A DNA stretch of 64,000 bases from Girardia tigrina. Its lineage: Eukaryota. Location: NCBI GenBank assembly GCA_001938485.1, contig MQRK01193570.1, forward strand, positions 1-64,000, given 5' to 3'. Below, piece by piece: positions 1 through 13,000 of the stretch (position 1 is the stretch's first letter; every line of letters begins with the position of its first letter). Under the pieces are notes generated by a model, which was given only the letters and a program-made list of their open reading frames with translations, was not told the DNA's origin and made no database searches. The translations under genes were made by a program, and so were the position numbers.

Positions 1-119
1 GTAAAGTCGCCCGCGGTAAAGTCGCCCGCGGTAAAGTCGTCCGCGGTAAAGTCGTCCGCGGTAAAGTCGCCGCGGTAAAGTCGTCCGCGGTAAAGTCGCC
101 GCGGTAATGTCGCCTCACC
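1..119. repeat. GC-rich tandem array of 14-15 bp units (GTAAAGTCGYCCGCG), about 8 copies, cut by the window edge; probably a DNA-transposon subterminal repeat
   Basis: Units visible directly; array ends in GTAATGTCGCCTCACC, then abrupt AT-rich sequence. Confidence 0.85.
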
Positions 120-916
120 AAATATTTCATATTATAACTCTACAAGACATGATTTTATAAAAACGTTTCAAACTATGTCGCAAATAATAAGAAAGACATT
201 AAAATGAATTTTTGTTTTTCGTTTTCGACAAAAATGATCGCAAAAAAGTAAACAAATTGAGCAAACCCAGTTTTCTATAATTCGTAACTTGTTGATGAAG
301 AGCAAATATTAGAAATGAGAAAATCGTCTGTCAGCAAAGAGTGAGTATGTGGAAAATATCAGTTGCATAGAAGAACGTTAGAGAAACATAAATCGTTTCA
401 TATACCTTATTAATGAAAGAATTTGGTATGTGTAATAAAATGATTTCAACGACAATGGGGCGATTTGTTCCAATTACGGAGACATTTATATTTTAACATT
501 ATACATTTTTGATAAATAATGTATCAAAATATATTAAATATTAAACAAAATTAACCTTTAGTAGTAAATTTTTCGTAAAGAAAAGTACTTATTGAATGTC
601 TAACTCGCTCCTTCTTCACGAGAAGAACATTATTATTATTATTATTATATTTCTTACAAATTTACTTCGTCATATATTTAAAATGAAAATAGGTTTCTTA
701 TTTCCACAAATAAATTATATGACTAAACAAAGTGAAACATAATATCCTTTTTAATAATATATAAAGCATAATTTAAGATGATTTCTACGTATTGGTTCCT
801 ACCACATCGTTCCTGCCGAATCGTTACCAAAACTTTAAACTTGAGTAAATATCTTTTCGTAATCTCATCTACTTAATGATTAATAAATCTTAATATTTTT
901 TAAACTCCTCAAAAAC

Positions 917-1216
917 ATGAAGAAGACATTACGTGAAGAACCTTTGCTACATAGATATAACAACGATTTTGATTTTATACTAGCTGCAAGAACAATACCC
1001 TCTCTCGCATTGCTTACTTTAGACTTAATAGATAGTGATTTCGAAGTACTATCGGACAAAACTTCTAAAGATTCAAATATAAATTACATTTGTTCGAAAA
1101 AAATTATTTGGTACATTCGTACAGGATTTCTGAAACAAACATTATTAATTGCCAAAATTCAGAATGTCTATGATAGCCATTACCCGTACAAGAATAATAT
1201 GACCCATTGTCTTTGA
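917..1216 (+). pseudogene. Decayed MULE/Mutator-like transposase C-terminal fragment
   Basis: YNNDFDFILAARTIPSLAL...QNVYDSHYPYKNN loosely resembles the MULE pattern Y..D..F.L..R...ALAF...WNVY...PRTNN. Confidence 0.4.
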
Positions 1217-3191
1217 TGAAACAATGAATTCTGTGCGTTATTGTGGCATCTTCGATCATTTTTATGCTCAATTAAGTGACTATGAGAATCGTAACTGTTT
1301 ATTCAACAGGATTTTGCAACGACTAACACAAGGTGCAAGTCCTTATATCAATTGATAATGCATAAATTTGAGTCTCAATTGGAAAGGGGACAAACACCCT
1401 GATTGTGATAAACTTGTTAGGGGTCCATAAGAAAGTATTTTAATTTGTATAAACTCTAAACACAAAATACTAGAAACGAAAATTTTTTACACTAATAATA
1501 ATTCAATTCTTTTTGTTCTTACATTTATTTCAAACATTACATCAGAATTAGTGCTCATTTAGTTGTAATTATATGAAATTAAAAAGTAACAGTCAATTAT
1601 CCTAAATTTTGTTTGTGAGGTAAGAAGCATATTTATGGTCAATGTAATTATTTAATGGATAAAACAAACATTATATTTGGAGCAACTTTTTTTGCTTAAA
1701 AAGACAGCTTGGTGATTGGTATAGGCAGAATTATTTTGCATATAAGATAGGTCTATTCAATAGATTTGGTTTCATTCAAAATACGAAAGTATATAAATAA
1801 TTCTAATATCAATTAAAATTCTTTAATTGAAATTGAAAAGTACAAATTTAGCACTATGAAATATTAAAACGTGATACATTCGGATGCGGTGAACGTTACA
1901 TCAAAGAAGAATGAAGAGTACACACCATTTCATAAAACTAACACTCTCATCAAAAGATTGTTGATATAAAACTGTAATAATCTTTTCAGGTAACTCAATT
2001 TCATGACTTTTTTAATTATTAATGCTTATTGTCAGTAAATACTTTTATCAGTGCATATAAGTTGAATGGTTTTATGAATCTATTCAGGGTTAGGTTATAA
2101 AGATGTAATCAAATAAACTAATAAAGAATCTAAAATAAATTTCTTATGAAAATATCAAAAATTCATGAACTTATGACAAATATAAAAATGCAAATTTGAA
2201 TGTATTTTGTTTTCTATTTTATTTATAAATATGGATAATTAGGAGCAATCGAAAATTTGTTTTTTTTCCAAAAAACGGACTTATTAATCATTTAGATTAT
2301 ATTTTTTAATCGATTCATGTATGAGAAATAAAATCATAATTTTAGTTCAATTTGATCATCAGAAGTGGGCGAAAAAACGGTTAACAAATTTGTGGGACGC
2401 ACAAACATCCCCATATATATTGTTAGGAGACAAGATTCCACACTAATATATATTTTTTAAAACTAACACACATACATCGTATATATTATAAATGAAAGGA
2501 GAGTCAAAGGTTAACTCTGTTCTTGACCCTGCAATAGTTTTGAAACACAAATTTAGAAATTTTCTAAATTTGTTGATTATGTAATATTTCATTTAATTAA
2601 TTTTATTTAATTTTGTAATATCTCACATATATAAAGGAAGCGAGTTAATATAAGCATCTTATATTGATAACATTTTATACGTTACATATTTATGACATGC
2701 ATAATGTATTATCATGTACTTATTTGTTTTGTTTTTAAAAACTTAGCATGGCTTCTTACAAAGATACAAAAAATGACAAAATCATTTTACTTATATTTAT
2801 TTGCTACAAATTTGCCAGTTTCAGCATTCGTCGTTATAATTGTTCAGATTATAAATCCCAAAATTTTGAAGCAAATTTTTTTTTAAATTATAAAATTTCG
2901 AAAATCATTAATCATCTTCTTTAAATTAAGAACGTATTAAAATAAAACAATTGAAAGATAACACAACGAAAATCCTTCATTTTATAAAATAATTAGATGT
3001 TTTTAATCTGCTTAGATTTCTCGATTCTTTTTGGTTAATCCTTTCTGACAATAAAATCAAAATATACTCAAAATTCAAGCAGAAATTCCATTTTTAGGAT
3101 TAAATCGATGCTTAAGAAATGTTAGAAGGGGAACTCAAGTATCAAGACTTTGAAAAATTATACCATATAACATTGTCAATTATCAATACTT

Positions 3192-3905
3192 ATTTGTATA
3201 AATATTTAAAAAATGACGATAAACTATTTTTAAAAAACAAGAACGTTCGTCAGAATTTACTGTGATTAATTTCGGCGGATCAACCGTCATCATCAGACTA
3301 AAATTAACAATAATATACTCGCGTTTATATATCAAAGTAACGTTTATGCAATCATTATTTAATTTAAATCATGAAAATACTTTCAATAAAGTTGAAGAGG
3401 ATGGTGTTTGGACATTGATTTTAGGATTAAAGGATTTGATCAACAATGCTCCACTCATCTCCCTCTTCCAGTAATTATCAAATTGTAAACACAAAATCTT
3501 TAAAAAAATGTTATAAAAATGAGTACAAAAATATTTTAATAGTTTTAGTCATATAATTAAATGAAATCTTTTGCTATCGAAAAATGACTTGAAAATACTT
3601 TCAATAAAGTTGAAGAGAATGGTATTTCATCACACTCTCCCAGTAATTATCAAACTGTGAACACAAAATCTTAAAATTACTTACATCAACTTTATTATTC
3701 AAGAAATTCTTCTTATGTTGAGCAATATTGCTATCACTTTCCTTACGAATATGTTCATGAATCCGTTTACAGAGATGACGATAAGTCTTTCCAATGTATA
3801 TGGTGTCACACCCATTACATGTATATTGATAAACTAAATTGGAACATAAACCAGTTGGAGTGATAGATTTTATACTAAATAAATTTCCTATTTTACATGA
3901 TCTAT
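3192..3905 (-). mobile_element. Penelope-like retroelement 3' fragments in partial tandem (GIY-YIG endonuclease plus 3' repeat with hammerhead)
   Basis: Minus translation VYQYTCNGCDTIYIGKTYRHLCKRIHEH; reverse complement aligns with about 56650-57182. Confidence 0.85.
3254..3305 (-). ncRNA. Minimal type-I hammerhead ribozyme
   Basis: Minus strand: aattttagt CTGATGA T GACGG ttgat CCGCC GAAA ttaa TC^ ac agt aaatt; intact core, palindromic loop III. Confidence 0.8.
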
Positions 3906-4369
3906 ATTAGGGTAAATTAGTAAAATAGAAATTTTTAAATTTATCAAGAAATGAAGAAAATAAAAATTCTTTATCAATAAGTGTCTAAGAAAATGTTATT
4001 CTCAAAAAAAAGAAAAACAACTAAAATCAATAAATTATAAAATTAATAATTAAAGAAAATACAAAGTCCAAGTTTATCATTAACCGAAAAGTTCTTCAGA
4101 AAATTGTGTATGAATTAAATTAAAAAAAACAATCAAGAAAAATTAATTATTAAAAAAATATGTTGTTTGAATAATCCCTAATTTTTGAGATCGAGCGTGA
4201 CTGTAATTTAAATGTGAAATTGAATCCACGAATATTTCTCAATAAATCTTATTATCGAATTTATTCTTTGTTATGAATTGATTATTGGTAAATTTTATTA
4301 TTGTGGGTTAACAACTATTCGGATCGATGGATTCCAATTCTTCACCGGCGATGGAGGACTTGAGATATT

Positions 4370-4490
4370 TTAACAATCTAGATACAATATTTAAATTTAT
4401 AAAATTATTTTCATCATGTTTTATAAGAGTTTTTGAATTTTCTGAAACCCTCAGATTAGGGAACTGTCAAAACAAAATCAATATTCTCAT
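4370..4490 (-). mobile_element. Further fragment of the same Penelope-like family (RT-endonuclease linker)
   Basis: Reverse complement matches about 56550-56655 (gattttgttttgac.gttccct..tctgagggtttcag). Confidence 0.75.
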
Positions 4491-4798
4491 ATATTTGTAT
4501 AAATATTTAATTTTTTTTTAATATATCTCATGATAAATTATTGTTAATTTCCCTAATTAATAATACATTTTAATTTTGGAGTGAAACGAAATAAATAATA
4601 CAAGTCATAAATAATTAATAACATAAATTTCTTGTTAACAAAGAAAGATATTTTATATTCTGTCAATAAGAAATAAGTACTTAAAAGGCTTATAAGTTAA
4701 AATGATTGGTAATGTTTTTATAATATTGATTTTATTCTAAATAGGTGATATTAGTAGCTTTTTTGAGTTCATAAAATTTTCGAATTTGAAATCTAATC

Positions 4799-5342
4799 TA
4801 TGAAGGGTTAATTAAAATTTTTATCTCGCCTGAATAATTTTATTATTTTTTAATTTAAAGGGTAAAATATTTTTATGTTAAAATGCTTATTTAATATTTT
4901 TAAATTAAAAATGATATAATAAAACAACTATTAAAAAATCAAAAACGTTTTTAAAAATAAAATATTTTTTAATGTTTTTAAATATTTTAAAAAAATTGAA
5001 AATGATATAATAAAAGAAAATCATAAAAAATAAAATATCTATTTAAAAAAATATCTTTAATGTATCTATTAAATATCTTAAAATTAAAAATGTCAAGAAA
5101 ACAAAAATATTAAATATTTATTTATAAATAAAAATATTTTTAATAAGTAATTTAAAAAAAACTTTGAAATAAATNNNNNNNNNNNNNNNNNNNNNNNNNN
5201 NNNNNNNNNNNNNNNNNNNNNNNNTTGGGTCGAGATAATTAAATTAACAGGAAAATTTGTTTTAAAGATGTGAATTGTTATATAAATAAATTTTGGTGTT
5301 AAAAAATGAATCCTGATATTGAGGTTGCAACCACTTCTCACA
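4799..5342 (-). mobile_element. Solo-LTR-like insert, family B (TGTGAGAAG...CCTTCATA), spans an N-gap
   Basis: 5-bp TSD TAATC at 4794-4798 and 5343-5347; homologous to 44852-45375. Confidence 0.8.
5175..5224. other. Assembly gap (50 N)
   Basis: Run of N. Confidence 1.
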
Positions 5343-6372
5343 TAATCAATTTAATAATTCAATATTTTACATTTCTATTTACAGATTAGGTTAAAATGAG
5401 ATTTTTATAAAATAACGTAAAAAAGTAATTTATATAAAATTAAAGTTTAATGTGAACATAAAACCAATAAATAGATTTATTAATAAAGTGAATTGTAATT
5501 TTATGAAACATAACATATAATTTTTGAGAAATAATAAATAAACTAGAAAACTATTTGGTAACTTTTGATATTAATTCATAAAATTTAAATCAAAATATAA
5601 TTTTCAATTTTTTAAGAAATATAACTTTTATTTTAAAAATTATATTGTCACCAAAATGCGAAGGTAATTTAAAAGTTGTTTAATTAAACTAAAAACGTAA
5701 CGTAACGTAAACTAACTAACTAAAACGTAAACTATTTTATCTAAAAAAGGGGTAATTTAAAAGTTGTTAAATCAAACGAAAATTTCGCTTTTAATTTTAT
5801 TTTTAAAAACGTATTGTACTAAATCGAAAAATAAAAAATAATTGCAATTTTATTTTTAAAACGTTATGTTACCGAATCTAAAAAAATAATACTTAAATGA
5901 TTATGAAAATGTTGTGTTATAGAATGGGGATATGTAATTGAGAAACGATTAAATTTATGAAAATATAATAAAAGATGCAACAAAAACGTTGTGACAAATT
6001 TTAATAACTTTATAATTTTAACAAAAAAAGTATAACTTTGAATTCCTAAGAAATGAAATAACCATACCTATATTTATATTTATTTTTATTTATAATTGTT
6101 TGTGTAAAAAAGAAAGTTCGAAAGTTCCTCGAAAATATTTGCTTAAAAAACTTGAATTGTGTTCGAAATAAAGTTTTGCGTTAATGACATCTTTTTTTGA
6201 TCAAGAACCCAATACGGCCCAAAGGTACAAAAAAATAATAAACATCCATATAAAATTTTATAAAAAAATTTATCCATATAAAAATTTATTTTGTTATCCT
6301 TTGAAAATGTTAACCATTAAATTTATTAATATTTAATAGACTAATATAATTAAAATTTATAAAATGACTAAC

Positions 6373-7035
6373 TGTTCCATCTGCTAACGTAATTCCATAA
6401 CTTTCACTGGGAGATTTTGAGAGAGTCACTTCGATTTGTTTATCCTCATCGATTTCCAAAAGAGCATCTGAACTTTTACTTTTCAATCGGTTAGTTAAGC
6501 CAGAGGCCGATAAACCAACAGACATTTCATCATCATCATCTTCAAAGCCATTTTCGATAGATGGAGATAAGGACTTGTTTACATGTAAGGCAGAATTTTT
6601 CAAACACCTTTCCATATGATCAATACTTTGATCTACGTCATCAATACATGAACTGTTGTCTGAATCTATATCTATAACACACGGCGGTGACATATCACTG
6701 ACATTCGATTCTGATCGTCCTATTCGACCAGAGCAACTTTTATTTCCAAAACTTTCTCTTGATTTAGAACCATCTGTAGATAAATAGCAACTTTTGATTT
6801 CAGATTCCTTAGATTTATTCAAATTAGAAAAAGATCCTTGATTTTTCTTTCGTCTCGGTGGTTTAGGTAAATTATCAGTTTCGTTAAGAGAAACCATAGA
6901 TTTGGAATGATTGTTCATAGTACCTTTTAAATGAAGATATCTGGCGATCAATTTTTTACTGGGCGTTTGAGCATCCGTTTTAGTTGAAATAGATGAATAG
7001 TCACTATCTGTTTGGAACTTTTTTGTAAATGGCTT
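6373..7035 (-). CDS. RADIL: RADIL-like exon 8 (low-complexity linker and first PDZ strands)
   Basis: Acceptor ttttAG at 7037-7036, donor GTtagt at 6372; 663 nt open, in frame with ORF 6310-6951. Confidence 0.85.
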
Positions 7036-10000
7036 CTAAAATTAAGATATTATTAATACATATATGGAATATAATTAAAAGATTAAACTAATAAACGAAG
7101 CTTAGTTTATACTAGACTTAATTAGGTAAACAAACTTATTCTTCTAAAATTTTCTGTTAAACTATCAGCCAGATCATAAGATAATAAAAATGATAAATAA
7201 AAAGTGTTCAGGATAAATTTGAAAATTTTCTTTTTAAAGAAAAAGTCAATTTCTAAGTAAAAAATTGTTGAAAACATACTGTTATGAGAACTTATTCATT
7301 ATAATTTTGTAATATACACAATTTCGATCATCCTTACAACAACCCATAGTTGAGACTTTAGTCGTTGACATCGAAAAGAATAGATTCAAAAATTTTTATA
7401 AAAATATTTAAACGAATTTGAATCATAAATAAACCCTCTTTAAAATATTTACCACGAATTTTATTGGTTAAAATTAAAATAATTATTAAATACGAATAAA
7501 AATTAGAATTATTTATTTAAATTATTTGTTTAAAAATTCAAAATAAAATTAATCATAATCAAAATTTTGCAATGTCTCTAAATTAACTAGTAAATCAAAA
7601 AATTTAATTTTTTATATCCATTCTTTATGCAGACCGAATTTTTCTTTGCTAACAAAGTTTTTAAAATTTAAAAATTTTTTATTAAAAAACACAATAAAAA
7701 TTAATATAAATTACTTGTAATTTATAAGTATATATCTTGCAATTAATATTGTTCGGGAACTCCGAATTTTCCATTTTTTCCCATTTTGGGATCTTAAAAA
7801 GTTTTTTTTCGATCAAATTTTTACATAATCATTTATTGTCATCGAAAATAAGTAAGTGTGCAAAATTTGAAGGAAATTGATGGAGTAGAAGGCCTTCAAA
7901 AATAGGTTTATAAATTACATGGATACACACGCACATATATATATATATATATATTAAAATGATAAAGGACATGAAAGGACATTCAACTAAGTATTGAAAG
8001 TTCCACATAATAAATGTTTTGTTAAAAATTGGATCTTTTTCTGAAAAAATAAGGGAGATGAACAGACTTATGAATCATACTGTACATGTCTGATTTGAAT
8101 TCGATTAAACTTAAGATTTAATGTTTAAATCTTAAGTTTAATCGAATTCAAATCAGACATGTACAGTATGATTCATAAGTCTGTTCACCTCCCTTATTTT
8201 TTCAGAAAAAGATCCAATTTTTAACAAAACATTTATTATGTGGAACTTTCAATACTTAGTTGAATGTCCTTTCATGTCCTTTATCATTTTAATCGCCTAG
8301 GAATGGATTCAACAAGACTTTTACAATAGTCTTTTGATAGTTCGTACCATATTTTTTGAAAAACCACCCACAGGTGTTCTGACGATGTGCACATTATCGT
8401 CTGTAATTTCCTTTTTAAAAGTCCCCATACATTTTCGATAGGATTTGCGTCTGGTGAATTGCCTGGCTATGGTAAAAGGTCGACTTCATTCTTTTTTAAG
8501 AAATTAAATGTCGACAGTGCACGGTGTGGTGGTGCAAGATCTTGCTGAAAATGAATTGTTGCTTTGGAAATGCCAAGCACTTTCCAATAATATCAATGTC
8601 ATGTATTATAGTTTCTTGGTACATTTGAGCATCCATTGAACCTCCTACTTTTCTAAGAAGACCTACCCCGTTTGCCGAAAAGCACCCGCAGACATGAACT
8701 TTGGCTCCGTGGCTCATGGTTTCATGGATGTTTCCGAGTTTGAGCCTTTCATTTCTAGTTCGTCTGATCCAACGTCTACCACGATGATTATAACATTGGA
8801 AAATGCATTTATCGCTAAATATAACAGAATACCAAGTTTCTTTATCCCAATTTTGATATAATGAAGCCCCCTGCATTCTTTTTTGTCTCTGTTTAGCGGT
8901 AAGGAAAGGTTTCTTTACAGCTTTGAATGCCCGTATTCCATATTTCTGTAAAATCCTTTCGATTGTCGACTTACTTTTGGCTATTGAGGAAGAAGAATTA
9001 AATATCCTTGTAATATTTAACGTGGAAATATCATTGTTTAAACGACTTATGCGTTTAATCACTCTTTCTGATCTGGCGCTTAGTTTATGAGGTCTACCTC
9101 CACGTAGCTGATCTTTCACTTCTCCTGTTTTTAAATACTTCGCCCATATTTTTTTGCATTCCACGTTTTGAAATATTTCTATTATATCTTGTAAATAGTT
9201 CGACCTTTATTTGATTCCATGTACTTCCTGCACTTTTAAGTGCATCAATCATTCCACGCTCAAATTCACTAAATACTCTTGACATTTAATGTATCTAAAA
9301 TTTAAAAAAATAAGTCATTAATGAAAATTTCAATATTTAACATATAAGTTCAAATGTGTAGCATAAAAAACTATATATAAACAAATATTCAAAATTAATA
9401 TGATGTCCAATTTTTAGTAAGAAAATAAGTAATCAAAATATGAAGGGATTAACAGACTTATGAATCATACTGTAAATATTATTTACACATACAAAAGTAG
9501 AATGTTCGAAAATAATCACTCAAAGGAATGATTATTATAATCAATGACAGTCTAACACAAGTATATATTACGATAGCATTATCAATCAATTGTTCCTTTT
9601 GCATCACAATCAGTGCTGATTGTATCTTTCTCATTCACATCCCTAACATTATGATTCCCAATAATTCAATTAGGACAGTAAGGGAACCAAACATCGAGGC
9701 TGAATATGTAAATTCTCAGACAACCATTAAAGAGTCATAGTTGAAGTGGGTCTTGGTCCTGAATACGACTTTATATCACTCTACAAAACCAAGACTGTCT
9801 TCAGAAACTCAATACAACCAATCGATTGAATCTGTGATCATGTTTAAACCGGAACTGTTTAATAGGATCCAAAAACAAATACAGTTAGGTGAAACTTCAA
9901 CTTGTGACATGGAAAAACTTACTTTCATATGATAAAATAAATATAGAAGAGAACAACCGGATTATAGCTGAATCAACAGGGTGTTTCACTTTATTCAAAA

Positions 10001-13000
10001 TTTCTTTGCTTTAGTCAAACTGTTTTGCCGAGCCTTTCCTGAATGAATTTGATCTTTATGCCTCTTTGTATGAGTGATAGCGGAGGCCCTTATTCAAAGT
10101 TTGTTTTAAAGTGAAAGCTGGAATTTCAATTTCCTACGCTAAAACTCGTAATACCATGCCATAGATTTAAATTACTTTCTCTATTTGTTAGATGAATTTT
10201 AATGTAGAGACTTAGAATGTCTAGTGTGATCTTTTAAACAAGCAACGGTTTCGTAGTTTCCGTTAAAGTTCTTTGTTTCATGTCTAATAATCTGATTGTA
10301 TTCAAAAAGCATTAAACAGCTATAATCATAAATGAATAATGATGGCCTACAAATCTTCATGATCTAAATTTCCCTTTTTCAATATTCCAGTATCTTTGGC
10401 TTTGTTAATTTTGACACTCACAAACTATAGTTTCACAATCTGAAAATAAAAATAATAAAATTGTTATCAAGAGTAATTTATTAGAAGGGTAATTAGGATT
10501 TTGAAAAATTTATACCGAACACCCTGTATAATTAACAGTGATTAAGTTTGAAATATGATTATTGAAGTAGAAAATTTCTACTGAAATTTCACTAAATATT
10601 TAATTTTACTTTGTATATTCCAGTGATTTTTTATTTTATTTTTGCAATGTTTTAGCGTAAAGAGAAACTAGTACTAATAACAACATCAAGATGTTTTTAA
10701 GACATTTATTAATATTATAATAAAAAATATCTTTGAAGATAATTTCATCACTTTCACTAAGCATCACTTTCATTAAGTGAAATCTTTCTTGAAAAATGTA
10801 CATCTTCCTAAATATCTGAATCGAAATTTGAAATTTTGAAGTGGCTTTTTTCTTAACTAAGTGTTAAGAAAAGATTTAAAAATATGTAAGTATCAAATGA
10901 TATTTGTTGATATACATAAAGTAAAGAGAGCACAAATTACCCCATTAGCTAAGATAGATGATCTATTTTTGTTGTCTACTGAATATCTAGAGTAGTTTTC
11001 ATCACCCATTGACTGACGTAGTTCAGCCCATCTACTATTTTTAAAGTTAACAAGACTTTGTGGTTTCGGTAAAGACATCCATTGAAAATTTTCACCCATG
11101 CCTAGATAAATATTAAAGCATTACTAAAATTTATGATGACTAACCTATTAATTCACTGTCTAAAACAGTACAATGAGCAATAAAATTCACAGATTGAATA
11201 AGTTTGTCCATGGGTAAACAATCTGTCTGCAAAATAATTCCCGGTTGAAAAAGTGTGAAAGTATCCGCCGATTGCAAGTACTGTCTCAAAACGTCAACAA
11301 CTGTTAATAAATTATTACAATTATTATTTAAACATTTTTGATATATTTTTATTTTTAAGATCTTTATTTCTATATCTATTATATAACAATAAATCATTAT
11401 TTGTTTCCCGTTTACGAAGCTCTTAAGATACAAAAATTTTATGATTTTAAATATCGCATAATGTTTACCAATCGGTACTTGAAACAAATTAATAAAATGA
11501 AATCTAGAAATTAAACTTTCTAATCTATAAATTGAAAGAAATAAATTGAAAAAAGAAATAAATCGGAATTTAAAATAAAAAATATGATTTGTTAATGTTT
11601 GTGAGGATTTTCGGAAGCTTTTCAATTAAACCTAAAAAAAGAAAGACATTTTAAATTAATTTATTTAAAGTATATTTTAAAAGTATATTTGGAGGTTTAT
11701 TTTTGAAATATATTTTAAAGTATAAGTAAATATTAAAATAGAAATGTTTAGATTTTTAAAAAAAGTATTAAATTAAATAGATTTAAAAACGAATTAAATT
11801 TAAAGCAGTTGTTAAATAAATATTTTGGAAAACAAAATTAAATCTTAAGATCAGTTAAATAGAATTTAATAAAGTTTTAGAAAGTAAACACAATAAGAAG
11901 AATAATAAATATCACAATAAATATTAAAATTAACGAAATTTAATAAAATATTCATTTAAAAGAAAAAACAATATTTAAAAACGAAGTTAATATATAAACT
12001 ACAGTAAGTATTGCCTAAATGTAATTCGTCTATATCATGGGTGGGCACACTTGAACGTTGTAAGATCGACTAAAATTTTGATTACTTAACTGCGATCGAC
12101 TAAAACTTTTAATATTTAACAACGATCGACTCTTTCAGAAATGAGAAAACATAAACATATGTTTATTAATTTTATTATAATGTAAATGTAATAAATGTGA
12201 AAATGTCTTCTTCTCGCGTCGTACCTTTCATCGGAAGAATTGGTAAAAATTCCTCTTTTGTCAAAATATCGGAGAAAAACATTATTATAAATATAATTAA
12301 TCGTGTAGTATCAATGTCATCTGTTGATTTGTCAGACTGTAATGAAAAGAAGCTGCAGTTTTGTATGTGATCTTCCAATTGTTAAGTTACATTAACACTC
12401 ATGTATTCATTACGTCGAGTTATAGTTCGGAAAGAAAGTTTCAAATATTTAATTACATTAAGTATTTTGTTTTTATTTTTAAAGTTGTTAAATAATTTTT
12501 CCTTCACGATAATACTTTTTATGTTTACCCAAAACATAAGAGATCACATAGAATTCTTCATTGGCTAACTTAGATTATCTCGAAGACTTTCGAAGTATAA
12601 GATGCTGAGCGGTTAATTTTAATACACGAATCAACACCAAATTTTGGAATATTCAAACAAAATTCAATATCATTTTAATTACTATTAATTTAAACTTTAA
12701 ATATATTTTAATTTTAAACGTTGAGTCTTAATTTAAAATCTTAATGAAAATTTTTGTATTTCCATGTTATTTTTACGATTCTTTTTACTCAGATAAATCT
12801 AGTTTTAAATATTTAAAATTTATCTGAAAAAACGTCTGCGATCTACTATCACACAGCTCGCGATCGACCGTTTGGTCACCCCTGGTCTATATGCAATTAT
12901 TGTATACATGCAACTTTTCCTGAAGCATACAGACGAATTGCACATAGGCAATACGTTCTGTAAAGATTTGCATATATGCAAGTTTTTTTGCGGCACCAAG

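Noticed and set aside
1-119. CRISPR-like array
   Set aside because: No spacers; contiguous tandem units in eukaryotic DNA.
4327-4466. Candidate last RADIL exon (acAG near 4465)
   Set aside because: The sequence is the reverse complement of the Penelope linker at about 56550-56655 and has no PDZ motifs.
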